Assembly: GCA_965226665.1 (NCBI GenBank)
Contig: OZ245371.1
Location: forward strand, 183,929 to 223,928
Length of the DNA: 40,000 nucleotides
Direction: 5' to 3'
Source of the DNA: Rivularia sp. (in: cyanobacteria)
Lineage (GTDB): Bacteria; Cyanobacteriota; Cyanobacteriia; Cyanobacteriales; Nostocaceae
Positions 10,240 through 18,264 of the stretch are shown piece after piece; the first letter of the stretch is position 1; every line of letters begins with the position of its first letter. Under the pieces are notes generated by a model, which saw only the letters and a program-made list of their open reading frames with translations, was not told the DNA's origin and did no database searches. Position numbers and translations under genes: made by a program.

Positions 10240-10406
10240 GTAGGTTGGGTTAGACGCTTTTATGCTAATTCAGTTAATTAACAATTTATATAGCGTCTCC
10301 TTCCCAACATATGCTTCTTATATCTACAACTCGAATGTTGGGTTGCGACACCAGATTTAAATTTTCGTTACAACCAATTTTTGTTTTGGAGTAAGACTCA
10401 ACCTAC
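10240..10406 (+). repeat. full-length two-hairpin MITE-like element (GTAGGTTGGGTTAGACGC ... AAGACTCAACCTAC)
   Basis: Termini are GTAGGTTG / CAACCTAC. Internal cores lie at 10291-10310 (degenerate) and 10335-10352. Confidence 0.7.
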
Positions 10407-10493
10407 GGATATTATGGGTTTGGTTGAAAATTTTTAACTTTAATACGGGAATACTTTAAATATCAACTTTGAAAAAATCAAAAATATTCCCTT

Positions 10494-11579
10494 ATGTCCG
10501 AAAATCCTATTATTACCGCATTAACACCCCAACAACAAGCTTTAATTCCGGTTTATCGAGATAAATGGCGAAAAATTGCGCTTTCAACCCAGAAGATTGA
10601 TGAAAATATTGCAACCGAAGCAATCAAAGCTGCTTATAACTTTTTTGATACCGAAGCACCTGATATTGAATTTTTTGATAGTCCCAAAGCAGCTTTAAAA
10701 GAATTATCTGATATTTGTTGTGATTATCTAGATTTTTCTATTTTATGCGATTTGCGACATCCCTTAATAAATTATCCATATGAACGCTCTCAAAATACTA
10801 CCACAATAGAAGAACGAACGGTAATAGAACGAGAAGTATTAAAGATAGTATTAGAACAAAATTATAATATACATACCCAATTAGAATTAGAACAAGATTT
10901 TGATGAAGAACTATTGATACCTGACGAACATATGTTAGGTGGTATCCAAACTGATTTTTTAATTGCTGAATGCTGTTTTTATGATTTCTGTATTTCCGTT
11001 TTAAAGTTACCTCACAACCAAAATAAATGGAAAGCTTTCAGAAATATAGTTAAGCATTGTGGATGGATTTTTGATTACAACAATATTTGCTTAGTATCCA
11101 ACCGTCCAATTAAACTATATTACGACGAACAAAACAATCTCCACGCTAACGGAAAACCCGCAATCGAATACGCTGACGGTTTCAAGGTTTATGCTTATCA
11201 CGGTGTTTGGATACCTGAAAAATACGGTGAAATACCTTCATCACAATGGAAACCTCATTGGTTATTATCAGAAGAAAATGCCGAACTCAGAAGAGTTTTG
11301 ATTCAAGTCATTGGTTACAACAAAATTTGTCAGGATTTAGGAGCAGTTGAATTAGATTCCTGGCAAGAATATATTTTACTAAAGATTGAAAATTACACTG
11401 AACTTAGTCCTGATGGTTCTCAAGATACTTCGGAGCCAATGCATTTATTAAAGATGATTTGTCCGAGTACAGGATTTATTCATTTTTTAAGAGTACCACC
11501 TGATATTAATTCTGCCAGAGTTGCCATAACTTGGGTTAATTGGGGAGTTTCGCCAGAAGAATTTGCAGTACAAACTTGA
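10494..11579 (+). CDS. uncharacterised protein, paralog B (same family as 8212..9390)
   Basis: 361-aa ORF. The last 73 nt plus the stop differ from paralog A by 1 nt. The central ~110 aa are unrelated or only weakly related to paralog A. Confidence 0.7.
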   Translation: MSENPIITALTPQQQALIPVYRDKWRKIALSTQKIDENIATEAIKAAYNFFDTEAPDIEFFDSPKAALKELSDICCDYLDFSILCDLRHPLINYPYERSQNTTTIEERTVIEREVLKIVLEQNYNIHTQLELEQDFDEELLIPDEHMLGGIQTDFLIAECCFYDFCISVLKLPHNQNKWKAFRNIVKHCGWIFDYNNICLVSNRPIKLYYDEQNNLHANGKPAIEYADGFKVYAYHGVWIPEKYGEIPSSQWKPHWLLSEENAELRRVLIQVIGYNKICQDLGAVELDSWQEYILLKIENYTELSPDGSQDTSEPMHLLKMICPSTGFIHFLRVPPDINSARVAITWVNWGVSPEEFAVQT

Positions 11580-11595
11580 ATAAATTGTCATTATC

Positions 11596-11786
11596 GTAGG
11601 TTGGGTTAGACGCTTTTACTATTTAAGGTTTTCATTGCCGAATCTATATAGCGTCGTAACCCAACATCTTTAGCCGTTTGAGCAAATGTATTTTTATTTA
11701 TTTACGATGGTGGTGTTAGGTTACGACACCATAATTAAAATTCTTGTAATAATCAAATTTGATTTTAGAATAAGACCCCAACCTAC
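11596..11786 (+). repeat. full-length two-hairpin MITE-like element
   Basis: GTAGGTTGGGTTAGACGC (11596-), GCGTCGTAACCCAACAT (11651-11667), GTGTTAGGTTACGACACC (11713-11730), AAGACCCCAACCTAC (ends 11786). Confidence 0.75.
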
Positions 11787-11807
11787 AAACTACAGGGATT
11801 TAATGCC

Positions 11808-12245
11808 ATGCTTCGCAACCATTCAGTTAAGACAAAACTTCCGATATTCGCAATCTTAATTGAATGCGTTGCGGGGTTGTCGGCGATTGCCTTTTTGAAT
11901 TATGGAACATTTTATGAGCGATTAGTGTTAGTTTGTCTCTGGCTTGCACTATTGCTACCAATACCATTGGGGTTTCTATATTCGTTCATGTGGCAAAAAA
12001 GCTATCCTCTTAAAATCGTAATTTCGCTGATACTGGCAGTGTTTTTCTATGATTTTTTTATGCCCACTATTATGAGTATTGGCATTCCACTTACACTGTT
12101 TGACCTAACAATTATTCTTCCCTTCATTCTCTTACAAGCTCGCAGAAACGTTGATGTAACCCGGAAGACGGTACTTGTAGGTGCGATAATCAGTGCCGCT
12201 TATGTATTCATTTATTCATACTTTCATTACAAATATTTTGTGTAA
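11808..12245 (+). CDS. hypothetical integral membrane protein (4-5 predicted helices)
   Basis: 145-aa hydrophobic ORF with no motif recognised. It is bracketed by two same-orientation full-length hairpin elements. Confidence 0.5.
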   Translation: MLRNHSVKTKLPIFAILIECVAGLSAIAFLNYGTFYERLVLVCLWLALLLPIPLGFLYSFMWQKSYPLKIVISLILAVFFYDFFMPTIMSIGIPLTLFDLTIILPFILLQARRNVDVTRKTVLVGAIISAAYVFIYSYFHYKYFV

Positions 12246-12281
12246 AATTTAGTGTAATAAAAATCTTATTAGTAATTATCG

Positions 12282-12470
12282 TAGGTTGGGTTAGACGCTT
12301 TTATTATTTACGGTTTTAATCAAAAATCTATATAGCGTCGTAACCCAACATATTTAGCCGTCTGAGCAAAGATATTTTTATTTATCCAAGATGTTGATGT
12401 TGGGTTACGACACCATTAATAAAGATACTCGTTACAATTAAGTTTGGTTTTGGAATAAGACCCAACCTAC
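12282..12470 (+). repeat. full-length two-hairpin MITE-like element
   Basis: Cores at 12282-12299, 12335-12351 and 12397-12414. The terminus CCCAACCTAC ends at 12470. Confidence 0.75.
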
Positions 12471-12495
12471 CAACTAAGTCAGAACGATCGAGGAT

Positions 12496-12566
12496 GTAGG
12501 TTGGGTTAGACGCTTTTAAGATTTAAAATTTAATTACCGAATGCATATAGCGTCCTAACCCAACAT
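12496..12566 (+). repeat. single-hairpin unit of the same element
   Basis: GTAGGTTGGGTTAGACGC ... AGCGTCCTAACCCAACAT. Confidence 0.75.
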
Positions 12567-12847
12567 CTTTTCTACGGCACTCTACGTTCCAAAAGTATTT
12601 AATATAAAAAAGTATTTTATTTAACTCTAGATAACGAAAAATAGTATTTACAACTAGAAATGCCAAGCTTTATATAAATAGTAAATGTAAAAAATGCAGC
12701 AAATAACCTGTAGTCAACTTGATATAAAGCATTAAAGCCTCGATGTAGAACTTAAAGAAAAATAAATAAACTTTGAGTAACTTCCGGATAATCTCGCAAT
12801 CGGGTTATGATCATATATTGTCAGCTTGCAATCTGCATCCTTCATCC

Positions 12848-15443
12848 ATGACTGCATCTAAAAATTCTAGTACAACAACCATCACCGACCATCGCACGGT
12901 GGATATCAGTAAGCTGAGTCAAATGTACCAGCATTATGTTGAAACGAAGGAAAAACATCCTCATGCGGTGCTTTTTTACAGAGTGGGTGATTTTTTTGAA
13001 TGTTATTTTGAAGATGCTGTAACTTTAGCGCAGGAGTTGGAACTTGTTTTAACTAGCAAGCAAGCTGGAGCTGATGTGGGAAGGGTGGCTATGAGTGGTG
13101 TTCCCCATCATTCTTGGGAGCGTCATGCAACTGGCTTAGTTGAAAAAGGTTATGCAGTAGTAATATGCGACCAAGTTGAAGATGCTTCTCAGGTAACTGG
13201 TGGTCGTTTGGTAAAGAGGGAAATTACCAGAATATTAACTCCGGGTACTTTGTTAGAAGACGGGATGTTAAAGGCAAGTCGGAACAATTATTTAGCCGCT
13301 GTGGTAATTGCGAAGGATAATTGGGGTTTGGCTTATGCTGATATTTCCACGGGAGAATTCTTAACTACTCAAACTAGTAATTTAGAGCATTTAACTCAGG
13401 AATTGATGCGATTGCAGCCTAGTGAGGTGTTATTTCCTACCAATGCGCCGGATTTAGGTGCTTTATTAAGGCCTGGTGAAAAGTCTAATAGTTTACCAGA
13501 ATGTCTACCTACTTCGTTTTGTTATGCACTGCGATCGCAAGTTCCGTTTTCGAGTGGTGAAGCAAGAAGTCGGTTATTACAAAAATTCAAATTGCGCTCT
13601 TTGGAAGGGGTTGGTTGCGATCATCTTCCTTTAGCGGTGCGTGCTGCTGGTGGGTTGTTGGAATATTTGGAGGAGACGCAAAAGGAAAATAAAGTTCCTT
13701 TGCAACCTTTAAGAACCTATACTTTTACTGATTTTTTAGTTGTAGATTATTCAACAAGGCGTAACCTGGAAATTACGCAGACGATTCGCGATGGTACCTA
13801 TCATGGTTCTTTATCGTGGGCTATGGATAGAACGACTACGGCAATGGGTGGACGTGCTTTACGCAGATGGTTGTTGCAGCCGTTGTTGGATGTGAAGGGG
13901 ATTAGGGCTAGGCAAGATACTATACAGGAATTAACGGAAAATACAACTTTGCGTCAAGATTTACGCGGGTTGTTAAAGCAGATTTATGATTTGGAAAGGT
14001 TAAGCGGACGTTTCTGGATCTGGAACTGCAAATGCTAGGGATTTATGGGCATTGGCGGATTCTTTATCTAAGTTACCGCAGTTGGCTAATTTGGTGATGG
14101 ATGCTCGTTCTCCTTTTTTGAAAGCTTTGCAGAAAGTTCCGCCAAGTATGGAAGAGTTAGCGGATAAGATAAAAGCTCATATCATTGAATCTCCGCCGAT
14201 ACAGATTAAGGAAGGTGGTTTGATTAGAGAAGGGATAAATCCTTTATTGGATGAGAGAAAGGAATTGGTAGAAGATGACCAAAAGTGGATTGCGAATTTA
14301 GAAATTGATGAAAGGGAAAGGACGGGAATTCCTAAATTAAAAGTTGGTTATAACAAGACTTTTGGTTATTATCTTAGTATTTCTCGTGCTTTGGCTGAGA
14401 AAGTACCGGATAATTACATTCGCAAGCAGACTTTAACTAATGAAGAACGATATATAACTCCCGAATTGAAGGAAAGGGAAGCTCGGATTTTAACTGCGAG
14501 AGACGATTTGAATAAGTTGGAATACGACATCTTTCTTGCGTTGAGAGAAGAAGTTGGTTCCCTTGCTGAAATTATCCGCAATATTTCCCGTGCTGTCGCT
14601 GCTGCCGATGTGTTGTGTGGTTTGGCAGAATTAGCGGTATTTCAAGGTTATTGTCGTCCTGAAATTGTTGAAGGAAGAGAAATTACAATTATCGATGGTA
14701 GACATCCGGTAGTAGAACAATCTTTACCTGCTGGTTTCTTTGTACCAAATTCAACTTATTTAGGCAGGGAAAAAAATCAAGATATTCAGAATAATCAAAC
14801 TAGTCAAGACAATAAAAATAACAATTCTCCCGATTTAATTATTTTAACAGGGCCAAACGCCAGCGGTAAAAGTTGTTACCTGCGGCAGGTGGGATTAATT
14901 CAGCTAATGGCGCAGGTTGGCAGCTACATTCCAGCAACTTCGGCAACTCTAGGAGTTTGCGATCGCATATTTACACGCGTAGGAGCGGTGGATGATTTAG
15001 CTACCGGACAATCGACTTTTATGGTTGAAATGAACGAGACGGCGAATATTCTCAATCATGGTACAGATAAATCTTTGGTATTGTTAGATGAAATTGGTAG
15101 AGGTACGGCAACTTTTGATGGTTTATCAATAGCGTGGGCAGTAGGAGAATATATCGCTACGGAGCTTTTAGCCAGAACAATTTTTGCAACTCACTATCAT
15201 GAATTGAATGAATTAGCATCGCTTTTGGATAACGTTGCTAACTATCAGGTAACGGTGAAAGAAATGCCAGATCAAATTATCTTTTTGCATCAAGTACAAC
15301 CCGGTGGTGCGGATAAATCTTATGGTATTGAAGCGGGGAGATTAGCGGGTTTACCAGCGACGGTGATTAAAAGAGCGAAACAGGTGATGGGGCAGATTGA
15401 GCAGCATAGTAAAATTGCTATTGGGTTGAAATCGTTGGATTAA
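12848..15443 (+). pseudogene. mutS: DNA mismatch repair protein MutS, split by one frameshift near 14008-14013
   Basis: ORF 12773..14038 holds the MutS mismatch-binding, connector and core domains. ORF 14052..15443 holds the clamp and ATPase ([21 protein letters not shown]). Shifting one nt at CGTTTCTGG restores ...[29 protein letters not shown]. The likely start is ATG 12848. Confidence 0.9.
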
Positions 15444-15445
15444 TT

Positions 15446-15706
15446 GTAGGTTGGGTTAGACGCACCAAAAAGTTAAAGATAAACGAATGAATTGAGATTG
15501 CGTCGTAACCCAACATCAGCTTGTTAATTTAAAATAAATATTTTGCGATATTTTTGAATTAAGTAATTGATTAGGATAATAATTGTAGGTTGGGTTAGAC
15601 GCACCAAAAAGTTAAAGATAAACAATATTTTGAGATTGCGTCGTAACCCAACATCAGCTTGTTGATTTAAGATAAATATTTTCTCTTCAAGTAATTGATT
15701 AGGATA
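15446..15706 (+). repeat. tandem duplication (139-bp unit, ~1.9 copies); each unit carries a subtype-b hairpin unit
   Basis: GTAGGTTGGGTTAGACGCACCAAAAAGTTAAAGATAAAC...TTGCGTCGTAACCCAACATCAGCTTGTT.ATTTAA.ATAAATATTT...GTAATTGATTAGGATA is read twice, starting at 15446 and 15585. Confidence 0.85.
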
Positions 15707-15784
15707 GAGTGCAAACCGCTGGGGTGTTAGTTGCAACCCCTTAGACTTTAAAGTTTGGACAATTTTATCGGCTTGTTTTTCCAT
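15707..15784 (-). pseudogene. N-terminal remnant (~26 codons) of a Fur-family (PerR/Zur-like) regulator
   Basis: MEKQADKIVQTLKSKGLQLTPQRFAL matches the Fur-family helix pattern LK..G.+.TPQR..+L. The rest of the 86-aa ORF is translation of the tandem repeat. The match is short, so this call is tentative. Confidence 0.45.
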
Positions 15785-15993
15785 ATCAGTGTTTGCTGTA
15801 TTTTTTTATCAAAATAGGGCAGATTGAATCAAAAGATAAGACTCATCCGAGGGAAATTTTTTATATAAGTATTTATTTAATCAAAAAAATCAAAATGACC
15901 AATTAGTAATTATCTCTATTGAATATTTTCTAAGTAAAAATTATTCTGACTTAGGACTTAAAAAAGTTTTTGCTAAAAAATCAGGAGGTAACT

Positions 15994-16566
15994 ATGGCTG
16001 CAATCGAACAAGTACCCAATGTAGTATTTAAGACAAGGGTTCGTGATGAATCAATACCTGGTGCTAATCCTTATCGGTGGGAAGATAAAACCACACAAGA
16101 GATTTTTGCTGGCAAGAAAGTTGTAGTTTTCTCTTTACCTGGTGCCTTTACTCCTACCTGCTCTTCCAATCATTTACCGCGCTACGAAGAACTTTACAAT
16201 GAGTTTAAGGGTTTGGGTATAGATCAAATCATCTGCATTTCTGTAAATGATGCTTTTGTAATGTTCCAATGGGGTAAACATATTGGAGCAAAGAATGTTT
16301 ACTTGCTTCCTGATGGCAACGGAGAATTTACCCGTAAGATGGGGATGCTTGTAGAAAAAGCCAATCTTGGTTTCGGATATCGTTCTTGGCGTTATTCTAT
16401 GCTAGTGAATGATGGCAAGATTGAAAAAATGTTCCTTGAGCCAGAATTTAGCGATAATTGTCCTATCGATCCTTTTGAGGTTTCCGATGCTGATACCATG
16501 TTGGCTTATTTAAAGGGAAGTAAATCTGCTGGTGTTTCCGAGCCTCGTCGTCATTTTGTAGGATAA
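15994..16566 (+). CDS. type II (Prx5-like) peroxiredoxin
   Basis: The peroxidatic-Cys motif PGAFTPTCS is present, and an AGGAGG RBS lies 5 nt upstream of ATG 15994. The length and sequence are typical of cyanobacterial PrxII. Confidence 0.85.
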   Translation: MAAIEQVPNVVFKTRVRDESIPGANPYRWEDKTTQEIFAGKKVVVFSLPGAFTPTCSSNHLPRYEELYNEFKGLGIDQIICISVNDAFVMFQWGKHIGAKNVYLLPDGNGEFTRKMGMLVEKANLGFGYRSWRYSMLVNDGKIEKMFLEPEFSDNCPIDPFEVSDADTMLAYLKGSKSAGVSEPRRHFVG

Positions 16567-16639
16567 TCTAAGAATTTTAGATTTTGACAACGGATGCGTT
16601 TCTTTTTGACAACGGATGCGTTTGATTTAAATTAATCTC

Positions 16640-16685
16640 AAATCCCGGATACTTGCAATAACGCAATGTTCGGGATTTTGTTTTC
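16640..16685 (+). terminator. candidate intrinsic terminator of the peroxiredoxin gene
   Basis: AAATCCCG (16640-16647) pairs with CGGGATTT (16671-16678) and is followed by TGTTTT. The 23-nt loop contains a small inner stem. Confidence 0.45.
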
Positions 16686-16713
16686 CCTTCAATTTAAATG
16701 GCATCCGTCAGTG

Positions 16714-16784
16714 GTAGGTTGGGTTAGACGCACCAAAAACTTAAAGATAAACGAATAAATTGATATTGCGTCGTAACCCAACAT
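16714..16784 (+). repeat. single-hairpin unit, subtype b
   Basis: GTAGGTTGGGTTAGACGCACCAAAAACTTAAAGATAAACGAAT...ATTGCGTCGTAACCCAACAT. Confidence 0.8.
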
Positions 16785-16963
16785 TAGCATTTTTCTTTCA
16801 TATAGACATTTTTGAAAGGATTTGTTTTATTGGATGTTAAATATTGTTGTGGTGTGAATTATTTATTTTAGTCTTCTCGATTGAATTGAGTTATTTTCTA
16901 GAAATATATTGAAATCGCGTTAATTAACCGTTATTAAACTTACCTATATTTCAATTACCGAGT

Positions 16964-17440
16964 TCAACAGCTATCGTTCCTAATGCTTCCATCCGGCATA
17001 GTAGTTCGACAGAAAATACAACCAATTTCCAACCAATAATCAATTTCAACTCCAGTAGCATTATTCAACCTAGCATTGGTCAAGTTAGTATTAGTGACCA
17101 AAACTTCACTCAACTCAGCACGCACTAAGCTAGCTCCAGTAAAGTCAGCACTACTAAGATTAGCCTGAGCCAAAGTTGCACCCGCAAGACTAGCCCGGAT
17201 AAGAAGAGCATTACTCAAATCGCTCTGGGCCAAATCAGCTCCCCGCAGGGAACAATCACTCAAGTTGGTTCCTACCATATCAGCATGGAGGATAGCACCA
17301 CTGAAATTCGAGCCGCTCAAGTTAACGCCGTCCAATTCTCCACCCCTACCTCCTCCCCTAAATCGGATACCAGCAAAATTTCTATCTCCCATGTCATAAC
17401 GCTCAATCAATTGTTCGGCAGTCAATTCAGTAAATTTCAT
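16964..17440 (-). CDS. pentapeptide repeat protein
   Basis: Contiguous A(D/N)LxX repeats. It is homologous to the protein at 4525..5205 at both ends. Confidence 0.85.
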   Translation of the reverse strand: MKFTELTAEQLIERYDMGDRNFAGIRFRGGGRGGELDGVNLSGSNFSGAILHADMVGTNLSDCSLRGADLAQSDLSNALLIRASLAGATLAQANLSSADFTGASLVRAELSEVLVTNTNLTNARLNNATGVEIDYWLEIGCIFCRTTMPDGSIRNDSC

Positions 17441-17507
17441 GTCTATTCATCTTCAAAAATATATACGGTAAATAAGCTCTATCGTAATCCATTCTTATTG
17501 TCAAAAA

Positions 17508-17524
17508 TTGGCAAAATATGCCAA
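17508..17524. promoter_or_regulatory. palindrome TTGGCA-N5-TGCCAA, candidate operator of the parDE operon
   Basis: Perfect 6-bp arms lie 35 nt upstream of the parD ATG. RHH antitoxins typically autoregulate through such palindromes. Confidence 0.3.
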
Positions 17525-17558
17525 AATTTAATAGACGTTTCTTAAGATTAACCTACCT

Positions 17559-17813
17559 ATGACTACCCTTAACGTCTCCTTACCTGAATCAATGCGGACA
17601 TTTATTGACGAGCAAATCAAAAACCAAGGTTATAGCACCGCTAGCGAATATATTCGCCATTTAATTCGTAAAGAGCAAGAAGCAATGGAAGATAAACGTC
17701 TGGAGGCTTTGTTAATAGAAGGTTTAGAAAGTGGTGAACCAATAGAAATTAATGAAAAGTGGTGGGAAAACAAGCGAGAAGAATTGATGCAGCGTTTACG
17801 CGAACGTAAATGA
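17559..17813 (+). CDS. parD: type II antitoxin, ParD/CopG ribbon-helix-helix family
   Basis: 84 aa. The N-terminal segment MTTLNVSLPESMRTFIDEQ..GYSTASEYIRHLIR is typical of ParD-type antitoxins. It ends 9 nt before the toxin gene. Confidence 0.8.
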   Translation: MTTLNVSLPESMRTFIDEQIKNQGYSTASEYIRHLIRKEQEAMEDKRLEALLIEGLESGEPIEINEKWWENKREELMQRLRERK

Positions 17814-17822
17814 AATTTATTT

Positions 17823-18146
17823 ATGACTTTACGTATTTTAATTACTCCCAAAGCTAATCACGATTTAGATGATTTGTTTGATTACATTGCTCAAAGCAAT
17901 TCTGATGCTGGCTTACGTTTTTTTGACGCAGCCCGAAAAACCATTGCTAAACTAGCGCAAAATCCCCGAATGGGTAATTCTTACTTAGTTAGTAATTCTC
18001 GTTTACAGGGCTTGCGTAAAAGTCGTATAAAAGGCTTTGAAAAGTATCTTATTTTTTATCTAATTTCAGAAGAAATATTAACAGTAGTGCGAATTATTCA
18101 TGCTGCTCGCGATATCCCTACAATCCTGGAAAAAGAAGAACTGTAA
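17823..18146 (+). CDS. parE: type II toxin, RelE/ParE family
   Basis: 107 aa. It has the ITPKANHDLDDLFDYI start and the ...VVRIIHAARDI ending typical of ParE toxins. Confidence 0.8.
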   Translation: MTLRILITPKANHDLDDLFDYIAQSNSDAGLRFFDAARKTIAKLAQNPRMGNSYLVSNSRLQGLRKSRIKGFEKYLIFYLISEEILTVVRIIHAARDIPTILEKEEL

Positions 18147-18264
18147 ATCAGATTTTATTATATTATCAATGCCCAATCCCCCATGCCCAATCCCCATTTG
18201 TTCATTTGAGAAACTACCCCAAAGCTGATACCGTCAAAAAATTAGTAAATCATCGAAGTGGACT

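Noticed and set aside
8400-11000. Diversity-generating retroelement as the cause of the variable middle region of the paralogs
   Set aside because: There is no reverse transcriptase, no template repeat and no adenine-specific substitution pattern. The middle regions differ by length and are unalignable rather than point-mutated.
12848-15443. Firm claim that the strain is a mutS-deficient mutator
   Set aside because: Essential genes (crtE, hisH) carry the same kind of single indel, which is more simply explained by consensus errors. This is kept as a testable alternative only.
15524-15784. 86-aa ORF taken at face value as a protein
   Set aside because: Only the first ~26 codons look like real (Fur-family) coding sequence. 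The remainder is read-through of the 139-bp tandem hairpin repeat.
9411-16784. CRISPR array interpretation of the recurring GTAGGTTGGGTTAGACGC repeats and the 139-bp tandem at 15446-15706
   Set aside because: Spacing is irregular (25 bp to several kb) and includes whole genes. Repeats occur in alternating orientation as hairpin arms, unit lengths do not fit a repeat-spacer pattern, and no cas genes are present.
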